Translations under genes and position numbers: made by a program
DNA from: a plasmid
Direction: 5' to 3' (one strand)
DNA length: 64,000 nucleotides
Sequence record: AP025670.1
In this document: piece after piece, positions 48,861-58,565 of the stretch
Layout of the letters: each line of letters begins with the position of its first letter
Position numbering within the stretch: the first letter of the stretch is position 1
The notes under the pieces: generated by a model
The model's database searches: none
Seen by the model: only the letters and a program-made list of their open reading frames with translations
What the model was told of the DNA's origin: nothing

Positions 48861-49691
48861 TTAATAGCTACCTTTGTAGCAAGTAGAGATGAATTGTAAT
48901 TCTCCGTTATTAGATATTTTTGAGTGTAGCACATCAATGCTATATTTAATCATAAAATCTGAAATCTCTTTTGTACAAAAGCTATTCTTCCATTTAGATA
49001 TTCTTGATATGTTTTGTTCAAAAGCAAACGCATCAACATCTGCATTTTTAAGAGAGAGTAACTTTTTATCTGTGGTATCAAAATTTAGCATATAAGTATT
49101 AACCGGACTAGACATCGTTTGTGTAACACCAATATATTTAACATCCCACGCATTAGTTTTATTGAATGAATTGGTTATGTACTCATCTAGCCAGATGTTT
49201 ATCTTATCCATTTCATCCTTAGATGTTTCCTTCTTGTCAATAAAATCATTTCTACTAAATATATATGTTTTTAAGGTTTCTCCGTTAACAACATCTCTTA
49301 TAGTTAGCACATTGTTTGCCGTAGAGAAAAATATCTGTGGTTCAGACAGATCAGCACCATACCAACGAGCATTGGGTAAGTTTTCGTCAAAGAAACTTAG
49401 TCTGTTTGTTGACTCTTTTCTACACAGATATGAAAAGAGTTTACCATCTTGGCTTCTTATGTATCTAATTCTACTGATATTATTTGAAATTTCCGTCGAT
49501 TGCATTATATCTATATCACGATCATATATGGTAGATAATCCTGCTTTACAAATTTCTGATAGTGAAAATGACATTTGACTTTCAGCGGAAATCGCATTTT
49601 GGATATGTGTGATACTCAATGATAAGACTGCAAATAAAATTAATTTATTGGCTTTCACATTTTTTCCTTTATTTTTACTATAAATTAGCAC
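48861..49691 (-). CDS. exported hypothetical protein
   Basis: 276 aa with an N-terminal signal-like segment, very AT-rich. Confidence 0.4.
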   Translation of the reverse strand: MLIYSKNKGKNVKANKLILFAVLSLSITHIQNAISAESQMSFSLSEICKAGLSTIYDRDIDIMQSTEISNNISRIRYIRSQDGKLFSYLCRKESTNRLSFFDENLPNARWYGADLSEPQIFFSTANNVLTIRDVVNGETLKTYIFSRNDFIDKKETSKDEMDKINIWLDEYITNSFNKTNAWDVKYIGVTQTMSSPVNTYMLNFDTTDKKLLSLKNADVDAFAFEQNISRISKWKNSFCTKEISDFMIKYSIDVLHSKISNNGELQFISTCYKGSY

Positions 49692-50060
49692 TTATAGAAT
49701 TATAAAAATTTATAATTATAGCTACATGGTAGCTATTCAATTGATTCTGATATTACCAAAAAAAGGAAATCACTAATCAGTGTATTAAACCTACTTTCTA
49801 CCCACAAATTCATAATACAAGTTACATTATGGATTTTAATCATCAATAATGTGCAATATATCACCGAGTATTGTTATATTTGCAATAATATCTATGTTTT
49901 AACTTTTGGATGATAAATCCTTGTGTTACTCTTTACTCGGTTAAATATACGTTTAATGTAGTAACTTTTTTTATTTTATGATTTATGGTTAATGATGCTA
50001 TTTGATGCACCAGAATTCACCACAATTTTCACACCAATTTTCAGCACCAAGGAGGCACTG

Positions 50061-51017
50061 ATGGGAGAGTTAATTTTACGTGACACCGTAACAGATATTG
50101 TTGATGTAAATAACATGACGAAAAACACCAACAATCCAGCAACCAGCTACTTGCTACGGCTCCGTTCCAAACAAAGTCAAAAGACAATGCGATCCTGTCT
50201 AGTGTCAGTGGTGAAATTGTTTCGTGCTATGGACCCGTTTACTTTCGATTGGTCAATCATGGATCGAGATGCCGTTCAATTGGTACTTCAGAAATTAATA
50301 CTGGAGAAAAAGACCCCAAATAGTATCAACTTGATATTGAGTGCCATTAAAGGGGTGGCTGAAGAAGCCAGAGCATCACGAGTCATAGATAGTGATACAT
50401 ATCAGGATATTAGAAGCATACGCCGGATTCGTGGGAACCGTATTGGTCGAGGGCGTTCACTGAGTAGTAGTGAAATAACGCACATTTATCAGCATCTTGA
50501 TAGCATAAATACCGCAGTCTCGGTACGTGATGCAGCGATTGTATCATTAATGCTTGGCTGTGGTTTGCGCCGTGCTGAAGTCACTTTGTTGGATATGGAA
50601 GATATCAATTTTGATAATTACTCCATTAAAATCATGGGTAAAGGAAACAAAGAAAGAACTAACTTCATGCCAAGTGACACGCTCCGTCGTATTCGCTTAT
50701 GGATAGAAACTGTAAGAGGGGATCATACCGGTGCAGTTTTTACCCGCATACGTAAAAATGATGATGTAACTTGCGATAGAATAACAACCGATGGTTTACG
50801 GTATATTATTGATAAATTGGTGAAAGATTCAGACTCAGATTCATTTACACCGCATGATTGCCGACGAACCTATGCCACTAAGTTGTTAGAACTAGGTGAG
50901 GACCTACTTACTGTCAGAGAAGCTATGGGACACAGTAGTGTCGCTACTACACAGCGATATGATAAACGAGGTGTAACACGCTTAGAGGCTGCTGCACGTA
51001 ATCTGCAATATTATTAG
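50061..51017 (+). CDS. tyrosine site-specific recombinase (integrase/Xer-like)
   Basis: The C-terminal catalytic motifs are LRRAEV, HDCRRTYATKLL and LGHSSVATTQRYDKRG (R..H..R..Y). The start is at MGELIL after AAGGAGG. Confidence 0.75.
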   Translation: MGELILRDTVTDIVDVNNMTKNTNNPATSYLLRLRSKQSQKTMRSCLVSVVKLFRAMDPFTFDWSIMDRDAVQLVLQKLILEKKTPNSINLILSAIKGVAEEARASRVIDSDTYQDIRSIRRIRGNRIGRGRSLSSSEITHIYQHLDSINTAVSVRDAAIVSLMLGCGLRRAEVTLLDMEDINFDNYSIKIMGKGNKERTNFMPSDTLRRIRLWIETVRGDHTGAVFTRIRKNDDVTCDRITTDGLRYIIDKLVKDSDSDSFTPHDCRRTYATKLLELGEDLLTVREAMGHSSVATTQRYDKRGVTRLEAAARNLQYY

Positions 51018-51030
51018 AGATATAACACAA

Positions 51031-51870
51031 ATGAGATCACAATCGCATTTTGTAGAAACTGAAGCTATAAAGATAGTCCACAATCAGATACCCAGTAAAA
51101 ATTGGGTGTTACGTTCCATTGGTGAAAGAGATTACGGCTCAGATTTCATGATTGAGCTTTTTGATAATAAAGAATCAACTGGTGATTGTTTTTTTGTACA
51201 ATCCAAAGGCACTGAAAAAACATTTACAGAAGATGTAAAAATCAGCTTTCCTGTTAACACTATAAAATATGCAATGCTATTTAACGTACCATTTTTTTTG
51301 TTTTATACGTCTATCACTTCAAAGCAAACAAAATTTATTTGGTTACAAAAATATACTAACTTAGTGCTTAATGAAAAAAATTGGGAAGATAAAAAGTCAA
51401 TAACAATCTATTTTCCAGAAGAAAATGACCTCTCTAAAAATAGAGAAAAAATAATCAAATTACTTGCAAATAGCCGTGCAGTTAATGATTTTATATCATT
51501 TAAGCATACAATCGAAAATTTGAAATTTTGGGGTGAAATGGTCATATATAACAATGATTATTATCATGGCAGTAAATGCATAGAATTATGTCACAAAATC
51601 AATGACATGAAAAATGTAATTTTATATGCATCTGAACTATATGTTGATGATAGTTGCCCTTTTGAAATGAGAACTCAGTATCAGAAACTTAGAATTAATA
51701 AAATGATTTCCACATTTAATAAATTCATTAAATATAAAAAAACAACAAATAAAAAGATTAACTTTATTAAAAAACAATTTGAAATATTAGATTGCATTTG
51801 TAATGACATTATTTCTTCATCAGAATTAGAAAGATGGGGTTATGAGTCTGAAGCCTTAATTCCATTTTAA
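51031..51870 (+). CDS. PD-(D/E)xK-like (DUF4365-type) N-terminal domain protein
   Basis: E-x-A...V...NW.....GERDYGSDFMIEL...FFVQSKG is the restriction-endonuclease-like D...E/QxK pattern. It overlaps nothing and lies 14 bp after the recombinase gene. Confidence 0.45.
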   Translation: MRSQSHFVETEAIKIVHNQIPSKNWVLRSIGERDYGSDFMIELFDNKESTGDCFFVQSKGTEKTFTEDVKISFPVNTIKYAMLFNVPFFLFYTSITSKQTKFIWLQKYTNLVLNEKNWEDKKSITIYFPEENDLSKNREKIIKLLANSRAVNDFISFKHTIENLKFWGEMVIYNNDYYHGSKCIELCHKINDMKNVILYASELYVDDSCPFEMRTQYQKLRINKMISTFNKFIKYKKTTNKKINFIKKQFEILDCICNDIISSSELERWGYESEALIPF

Positions 51871-51890
51871 TTTATTTTGAGATAATTATA

Positions 51891-52901
51891 ATGAGAAATT
51901 TAACCACATGGACTTGTTCCGAAATAACAAAGTTGATTGGGACTATTGACGAACCATTCTTCATTGAAAAAATATGCAAATTTACCGGACGTAGTGTAAA
52001 TGATGTCCTCTCTAAATTGTTGCACATGGGATTGTGTGAAATAAACTATAAGGATAATAAGATATCTACGGCTAGGAATACAAATTTAAACCATCTCATT
52101 CCTTATTCATCATTTATTCCTAAATTATTAGAACTTGGTTGGATATATGAGTTATTAAATAGGGAGGAATCTCTTAAAGCCCCCAAGTGGTGGGTAAATA
52201 ATGATCAGTTCCCTATAAGTAACACTATCGAATTGAATCGTAATGAAACAGTATGGGTTAATGAGGAAATTCATACAGTTATCTCCATGATACAAAACAA
52301 GATGAACCTAAGCTCAATCGCAAATAAAATACATAGAAATCAATCATCTATTACCGCAATGTTAATAGATCTTGGTATTTTAGAATGCATTGATAAACAA
52401 GAAATCTTTTTGTCTGAAGTTAATGAATTGAAACTTTCAAAGTATACATTTAATAATGCGCTTGTTCTTATTAATCATGGATGGGTTGTTACCAACAATA
52501 ATTTATCTGCGCCTAATTGGTGGCTTGAAAATAACAAGGATAATAAGAATGTTCATAATAGCCACTACGATGAAAGGAAAGAAATAACCGGTAATGATAG
52601 CAGACAATTGTATATGTTTATTAAATCAGAATTAGAGGGCATACTAAACACTATTCATGAAAATAAGCGTATCGAAGAATTGTCAGATGTAACGTATTTA
52701 GGTTATACACTTGCAGATTTAACGACCTACATTGGTATTACTTCAGTTAAGGTAGCAGGGCAGGTCACAAAGAACAATAAAACCCACATGAGCTATTTTA
52801 TGGATAAACCTTATAATATAAAGAAAATGTTGATTAACTTTGGTTGGAAAGTTTCAGATGATTCATTAGCAGCTCCTGAATGGTGGTCTAATGAAGAATA
52901 A
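51891..52901 (+). CDS. triple-repeat protein: 3 x about 117-aa units, each with an HTH-like segment ending in the L-x-x-GW-x(8-11)-S-L/A-x-AP-x-WW motif
   Basis: LLELGWIYELLNREESLKAPKWW, LINHGWVVTNNNLSAPNWW and LINFGWKVSDDSLAAPEWW lie at about residues 78, 196 and 313. Confidence 0.45.
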   Translation: MRNLTTWTCSEITKLIGTIDEPFFIEKICKFTGRSVNDVLSKLLHMGLCEINYKDNKISTARNTNLNHLIPYSSFIPKLLELGWIYELLNREESLKAPKWWVNNDQFPISNTIELNRNETVWVNEEIHTVISMIQNKMNLSSIANKIHRNQSSITAMLIDLGILECIDKQEIFLSEVNELKLSKYTFNNALVLINHGWVVTNNNLSAPNWWLENNKDNKNVHNSHYDERKEITGNDSRQLYMFIKSELEGILNTIHENKRIEELSDVTYLGYTLADLTTYIGITSVKVAGQVTKNNKTHMSYFMDKPYNIKKMLINFGWKVSDDSLAAPEWWSNEE

Positions 52902-53313
52902 ATACATCTCTTTCATTCAAATTATTTTTTTTACCGTTGCTTGTGTATATCCAGCGTATTTATTAATACGCAGAAAAAACATAATTGATATTTCCATGTT
53001 AATATTTATTGTATTAATTGCAGTAATTGGAGATTTTATTGAGTGCATAACATTAATTGAATTATCTAAGATGTTAGCATCATTCTTTCTTATTGCAATT
53101 TATGTGAATTGCTACCGCAGCTATTTTAAGTACTCTAAAAGTAATATTGATTTAATTAGTTTTAAAGCAGTAGATAATAAGATGGGGTATCTTGTTTTTT
53201 CCAGTGAAACTATATGTTATTTCTTGCCTTTAAAAATAAGTAGCCACTTTAATATGTTATGGTTTTATGGATATTTGAAAGCCATAACCATGCACCTTCA
53301 AAATAGAAAGTGA
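52891..53313 (+). CDS. membrane protein
   Basis: 140 aa with 3-4 transmembrane segments. Confidence 0.35.
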   Translation: MKNKYISFIQIIFFTVACVYPAYLLIRRKNIIDISMLIFIVLIAVIGDFIECITLIELSKMLASFFLIAIYVNCYRSYFKYSKSNIDLISFKAVDNKMGYLVFSSETICYFLPLKISSHFNMLWFYGYLKAITMHLQNRK

Positions 53314-53393
53314 TACTTTTAAGACTGTTTACTAAGAAAAAAGATACCATATAACGGGTACATTGCCTTTTTAATTTCTGAAGGCTGAAGCTC

Positions 53394-54143
53394 ATGAACT
53401 TCATAAGTACCCTTATTCTTGCACTTATCCTACGAATTCTTTACCTCATATATCGAAAACGTAAGCCTAGTTTTTATACTGTTAGCTTGGTAATAATATC
53501 AGTTATTGTGTGGTCCGTTAAATCCTACCTATTGGACTATTACATTATCCCAACATCCTCTATGGCACCGACATTAAAAGCCGGTGATCTCATTTTTGCA
53601 AAGCCGGTTGACACGCAAAAAGAGCAATTGATGCGTGGAGATATCGTGATTTTCCGAGCTCCTGCATTCCCTTCATTCATTTATGTAAAACGCATAATCG
53701 GATTGGCTGGCGATACTATCACTTATGCCGATGATAAGTCAGTCCAGATCAACGGAAGGATGATCGGGCAGCTAAACCATCATAATGACCATACGAGTAC
53801 CTATCAGGCGCTTCAGGAACGTAATGCGCAACAATATGAGTACGTCATTGATAACCGTAAACCATTCGTTAAGCCAATTTATACACAATGGGTAATCCCT
53901 GATGGATATGTTTTTGTTCTTGGCGATAACAGGGATCACTCATGGGATTCACGGTTTTTTGAAAATGCAGTTGGAACTCCAAGGCATTTGCGAGGGCTTG
54001 TTAAAAAGGAACTTTTGATAAGCCGGTATTTAGCCACGGCTTTTACACTTGAGTTTATGAAAAGCGATTTTGATATAGGGGAGAATAGCTTAAAAGTAAT
54101 TTCTGAAGCTCAAACGGCAGAGGGGAATGATGGGGATAAATAG
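53394..54143 (+). CDS. signal peptidase I (S26 family; LepB/TraF-like)
   Basis: Transmembrane anchor, SSMAPTLKAGD (catalytic Ser box), GDIVIFRAP, YVKRIIGLAGD (Lys box) and VLGDNRDHSWDSRFF. Confidence 0.75.
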   Translation: MNFISTLILALILRILYLIYRKRKPSFYTVSLVIISVIVWSVKSYLLDYYIIPTSSMAPTLKAGDLIFAKPVDTQKEQLMRGDIVIFRAPAFPSFIYVKRIIGLAGDTITYADDKSVQINGRMIGQLNHHNDHTSTYQALQERNAQQYEYVIDNRKPFVKPIYTQWVIPDGYVFVLGDNRDHSWDSRFFENAVGTPRHLRGLVKKELLISRYLATAFTLEFMKSDFDIGENSLKVISEAQTAEGNDGDK

Positions 54144-54480
54144 AAGCTGTATCGCATTAGTTTGCTTTTTCTTGTCATCTTGTGGTTCTACCACAGGGGC
54201 GATCACTACACACGAGCATCTTGTGACGCAAGCCACACAAGATAAGCATGTCAGTTCAGGTGGCTTCGACAGAGTAGCTGATACCTATGTACTGGCAAGA
54301 GAGATTACTGGTCTTGAATCCAACGAAATAAAGCAACTCTATGAGGTGAAGGGGAGTGACAACACATTAATAAAAATTGATATGGCATCTATACCATGCT
54401 CGATATTGCTTAAAAAGAACACAAGTCAAAGTAGTGAGATTTGGCTTATAACTGATATGGGTTGCAATGAATATTTATAA
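54127..54480 (+). CDS. lipoprotein
   Basis: Lipobox FLSSCGS after a hydrophobic signal. Confidence 0.5.
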   Translation: MMGINRSCIALVCFFLSSCGSTTGAITTHEHLVTQATQDKHVSSGGFDRVADTYVLAREITGLESNEIKQLYEVKGSDNTLIKIDMASIPCSILLKKNTSQSSEIWLITDMGCNEYL

Positions 54481-55036
54481 AATCTCAGTAATCAGCTCCC
54501 TTTTATTTTCTTCTTTGTCATACAGCAAACCTATTTTTATAGGAGATTCACTTACCTATGAGATAGCTAAAGGGTACAGCACAATCCAAGCTGTTGATGC
54601 TCGATACAAAGTAGGTAGCGGATTATCCACAAAGAATATCCTTGATTGGCAGAGATACGCAGAGCAATTCAGTTTTGAAGAATACGATACCGTTTATGTG
54701 ATTCTCGGTACTAACGACCATGTTCAAATATCAGAAAAAGAAAAGTACACCTCTAAAGTTCGGCATTTTATCCAAACCATAAAAGCCAGAAACCAAAATG
54801 TAATCTGGTTACTTCCTCCAACCCTTAAAGACACCGCCAAAAACAGACTATTAGATAACACTCGGCAAGCCATAATGACGGCTTCGCAGATAGAGGGGAT
54901 CACCACCGTAGATACACGAACGGTTCTTGGTGAAACATACAAGGATGTCATAGATGGGACAACAGTTCGCACAAAGGATGGAATACATATCACTCCAAAC
55001 GGAGCCTTACTTACCGTGACACAGCTACTATTTTAG
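54467..55036 (+). CDS. SGNH/GDSL-family hydrolase (secreted)
   Basis: Signal peptide, then IFIGDSLT (GDSL block I) and DGIHIT (DxxH block V). Confidence 0.6.
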   Translation: MNIYKISVISSLLFSSLSYSKPIFIGDSLTYEIAKGYSTIQAVDARYKVGSGLSTKNILDWQRYAEQFSFEEYDTVYVILGTNDHVQISEKEKYTSKVRHFIQTIKARNQNVIWLLPPTLKDTAKNRLLDNTRQAIMTASQIEGITTVDTRTVLGETYKDVIDGTTVRTKDGIHITPNGALLTVTQLLF

Positions 55037-55053
55037 TAAATTGGAATGTTGTA

Positions 55054-55989
55054 ATGAGAAGAAAGCGTAGATTTAAGAAACGAAATCCCTATGTAACTAA
55101 TATGAATATTGCATTTATATTCTATATGACCACTCTGGTATTTCTTAGATTTGATTCTATTGCGAGAGTTTTAACTTTAGTAATACCTTTATTTGCTGTT
55201 TATATATTGTCACCTAGCAGCAAAATATTGAGGTTACACAAGAGAAAGAAACCTGAATGGGCTTCAGTGGGAATCAAAAGAAATGCCCCTCTATTAAACC
55301 CTCAAGTTGCATTAGTGATAATTGCTGTTACCACAATAACTGTATTTTTTCTTCGTTATGACCATGTAATAACAACGAAAATCATACAACTGATATGGGG
55401 AGATATAAAAACAGCATATGCTGATATTTTCGGGAAAAGCAGTGCGAATAAATTATTCTCTCTGAGGAATATCCCAGTTTGTACATATTATACATTCCAT
55501 ATATTACGTTCATGCGTTGCATTTCTGCTCGTGGCTTATTCAGCAAGTGTCTATTTTCGTTATAAACAACAAACTATGTTTAAAAAGGTACTTTTTAATG
55601 CCACCTATCATGAAGATGCATTGCAATTTATCCGAGAATTATCATGGCGAGAATTTGAGGAATTTATAAGAGAGTTATTCAACAGCCTTGGGTACAGAGC
55701 TACTGTCACTAATTATGGTCCAGATGGTGGGAAAGATATCATTATGGAACGTGATGGAATCAAAGTTTTCGCTCAATGCAAACACTGGAAATCTGACAAT
55801 GTAGGTGTTGCTATCGCCCGTGAAATGGTTGGTGTACTAGAAGCAGAACCCGAATTTAAGCATGTATTTCTAGTCACATCAGGTAAGTTTTCTAACGATG
55901 CAGTTCTATACAGTCACAGAACATCTGACCGTCTGACACTCATGGACGGAAAAATGATAGCCGATAAATTATTGCTGTTAAGAAAGTAA
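55054..55989 (+). CDS. membrane-anchored Mrr-like (PD-(D/E)xK) restriction endonuclease-domain protein
   Basis: N-terminal 4-5 transmembrane segments. The C-terminus FEEFIRELFNSLGY...NYGPDGGKDIIMERDG...FAQCKHW matches the Mrr_cat motif (DGG.D ... QCK). Confidence 0.6.
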   Translation: MRRKRRFKKRNPYVTNMNIAFIFYMTTLVFLRFDSIARVLTLVIPLFAVYILSPSSKILRLHKRKKPEWASVGIKRNAPLLNPQVALVIIAVTTITVFFLRYDHVITTKIIQLIWGDIKTAYADIFGKSSANKLFSLRNIPVCTYYTFHILRSCVAFLLVAYSASVYFRYKQQTMFKKVLFNATYHEDALQFIRELSWREFEEFIRELFNSLGYRATVTNYGPDGGKDIIMERDGIKVFAQCKHWKSDNVGVAIAREMVGVLEAEPEFKHVFLVTSGKFSNDAVLYSHRTSDRLTLMDGKMIADKLLLLRK

Positions 55990-56078
55990 TCCGCTTTTAG
56001 AACCTTTGCGCCCTATTCGTAGGGCGTAATTCTATAACATATATCAGATACACGTAACACAGATTATTGAGGCTCAAA

Positions 56079-57041
56079 ATGACGGATGTTTCTTCCAATG
56101 CAAAAAAAAATGAAAGTAAAAAAGGACTTGGTTTTCTTCTGAATAAAAAATCCATGATTGCAGTTGCAGTTGCAGCAGGTGCAATAGCAGTATTTGTTTT
56201 ACTCAAACCAGCAACAGACACGACAGAAATTGATGTTAATTATTATAGTGACGTTGAAACCTCTATTCCTGTTTTTAACAATCCCAAAGAGGCAGAACCA
56301 GAATCGAACAGTGCCGAGAACGTAACTAAAACCGATTCTCCGGCATCAGAGGTTAAATCCGACTCTGTTACAGGAGATGTTGCTAAGACGCTCTCAGAAG
56401 CAGAACAGGAGCATTCTGACGTAACAGAAACACAGAATCCATCAGATAGCGAACAAAGCATTAATGGCATGCTTGAGCATGTTAGCGAAGCTGCTACTTC
56501 AGTAGTGGAACACACTCAGGCATTAAGTACAAACTTTACAGGTCAACCACCTGCACCGGCAGCTCAGGAGCTCAGTGATGTGTATTACAGCAATCAGGCT
56601 CCAACACAGCAACAAGACTTTAAAAACGTATTTGATGCAGCATTGGAAGAAAGAAACAAACGCCTTGAAAATGACCAAAACCTCGACTATGTAGGGAAGC
56701 AATTAACGATCCCATACGCGCCAAATTCACAAACTAAAGTCTATCTCTACCGTAATTTTGCAGTGAAAATTTTCCTACCTGCACAATCCGAAGCCGTTAA
56801 AGAGCTCAATTACTTCATCAATGGCTCAGACCATGACGATCATTTCGACATCAAATTATTACCAAATAACATTTTGCTCTTATCGAAAAAGCCAAGTTCT
56901 GAAGTGTGGGGCGGCACAGACTTATTCATCACTCATGGTAAACAAAATTATACATTTATATTACTTAGTGCGAAAAACCCTGATGAAAGAACTGATTCTA
57001 TTCATTATGAAAAAGTAAGCGCAAACACAACCAATAAGTGA
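56079..57041 (+). CDS. single-pass membrane protein with acidic low-complexity linker and C-terminal domain, hypothetical
   Basis: The start is MTDVSS after GAGG. It is followed by a hairpin plus T-run terminator at 57047-57085. Confidence 0.45.
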   Translation: MTDVSSNAKKNESKKGLGFLLNKKSMIAVAVAAGAIAVFVLLKPATDTTEIDVNYYSDVETSIPVFNNPKEAEPESNSAENVTKTDSPASEVKSDSVTGDVAKTLSEAEQEHSDVTETQNPSDSEQSINGMLEHVSEAATSVVEHTQALSTNFTGQPPAPAAQELSDVYYSNQAPTQQQDFKNVFDAALEERNKRLENDQNLDYVGKQLTIPYAPNSQTKVYLYRNFAVKIFLPAQSEAVKELNYFINGSDHDDHFDIKLLPNNILLLSKKPSSEVWGGTDLFITHGKQNYTFILLSAKNPDERTDSIHYEKVSANTTNK

Positions 57042-57046
57042 TCGTT

Positions 57047-57085
57047 AACTCTCCAAAACTACCTTACAGCCCCTTTTTGGGGCTT
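57047..57085 (+). terminator. rho-independent terminator
   Basis: AGCCCCTTTTTGGGGCT plus TTTTTGG. Confidence 0.55.
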
Positions 57086-57098
57086 TTTTGGATTCAAA

Positions 57099-57656
57099 AT
57101 GGAAAAATACACGAGTCTGAGAACAATAGCTGACGATATTCAGATGTACCCATATTCATATCTATTATGCCGACAATTATTAAAAAAGGGATACATCGAG
57201 GGCGAGGCTGTGATTGGTATCTATAAGCAAGAACTGGTCCACACTCCGGAGACAGATTTAGCTTACACAAACAGCATTTTGCAATACTCATGGATCGAGA
57301 CAAAGGCTCATACCGTCATAGACCCTTTAATTGATTTTCGCGACGGAAACCGAGAAATTAACCTAATCGAGAGAGACAAAACACCAAATTACCATGCAGG
57401 CGTAAATCCCTTGAAAATTACGAAGGAATTACTTCCAGAACATCGTTGCTCTGATGAAGTGTTTACACTAATGAGAGGGGCTGAATCAGAGGCTATGAGG
57501 CGAATTTTAGGTTTAGAACAAAACCCCAATGGGATCACAATGACTGAAGCGGCTTACATAGCAAATTATCATACGTGTGATTACTTAGGATATGATAGGA
57601 TTATTTTGAATTTTTTTATTAAACACAAATTAACACCAATCATAATAAACGAATAG
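57099..57656 (+). CDS. hypothetical protein
   Basis: 185-aa ORF. Confidence 0.4.
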   Translation: MEKYTSLRTIADDIQMYPYSYLLCRQLLKKGYIEGEAVIGIYKQELVHTPETDLAYTNSILQYSWIETKAHTVIDPLIDFRDGNREINLIERDKTPNYHAGVNPLKITKELLPEHRCSDEVFTLMRGAESEAMRRILGLEQNPNGITMTEAAYIANYHTCDYLGYDRIILNFFIKHKLTPIIINE

Positions 57657-57704
57657 TCGCTGCTTTATTCAAGAGTGAAACATAAACCATATAAGAGATA
57701 AATT

Positions 57705-58019
57705 ATGCCAGATTTAGAATATTACTTACTTTCCCCTGCTTCACACAAAGGTGTAGAAAACGAACATGCAAACTCAGGTAGAATGTTAGACCGATATTTG
57801 AATACTAATGGTCGCTGGAGTGCATTTCCACCCAAGAAGAATATTAGCTTATTATATTGGAGCTCAAGAGAGGAAATATTAAAAGCCGCAGAAATAGCAA
57901 TCAATTCAGGGCGAGATGTGCATATTTGCAAAATATCAACAAATGGAAAAGTAAACCAAGATAGAATGATTAATTACAACGAAAATCATTTACCCTGCCT
58001 AACAGGATATATAAAGTAA
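57705..58019 (+). CDS. hypothetical protein
   Basis: 104-aa ORF. Confidence 0.35.
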   Translation: MPDLEYYLLSPASHKGVENEHANSGRMLDRYLNTNGRWSAFPPKKNISLLYWSSREEILKAAEIAINSGRDVHICKISTNGKVNQDRMINYNENHLPCLTGYIK

Positions 58020-58070
58020 CTACTAGCAAAATTAAATGCAGATATGTGGAATATATCTGCATTTATTTGT

Positions 58071-58508
58071 TTATTTTATAAATTTAAATTTATGCTCATC
58101 TGATTTAGAACAATGTTTTTTATCACAAAACTCTCTTTCTTTGTTTATAAACTCACCTAGATATGTGTAAAATCCATCCGGTTCTTCATTTACAGATTTT
58201 TTTAATTTTTCGTATGCCTCTTGGTTCATCGGCGTATACTTCAATAGCAATTGGTCTAAGTATTCAATTTTATTACTTGCTATTTTTCTGCCAAATACTC
58301 TATATGCTATATATCCAGCTAACAATGATAGAAATAATGATAGCCACAGATTAAATTCAGCTTTCAAAGGTAGAAAAAAAATTAATAAGAAAAATATCAA
58401 GGCTGCGGGTCCATACGATGCTTTTGCCAATTCTCGGTTTACTGTCATTTCATCTAGTTCATAGCATCGTTGAATTTGGTTAAGACTGGTTCTATTTTTC
58501 TTTGACAT
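58071..58508 (-). CDS. membrane protein
   Basis: 145 aa with 2 transmembrane segments. It lies 58 bp downstream of the helicase gene. Confidence 0.4.
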   Translation of the reverse strand: MSKKNRTSLNQIQRCYELDEMTVNRELAKASYGPAALIFFLLIFFLPLKAEFNLWLSLFLSLLAGYIAYRVFGRKIASNKIEYLDQLLLKYTPMNQEAYEKLKKSVNEEPDGFYTYLGEFINKEREFCDKKHCSKSDEHKFKFIK

Positions 58509-58565
58509 ACTAAATCCTCTTACTGCTGATAGTATTATATTAATTACTATTAATGAAAAAGTTGG

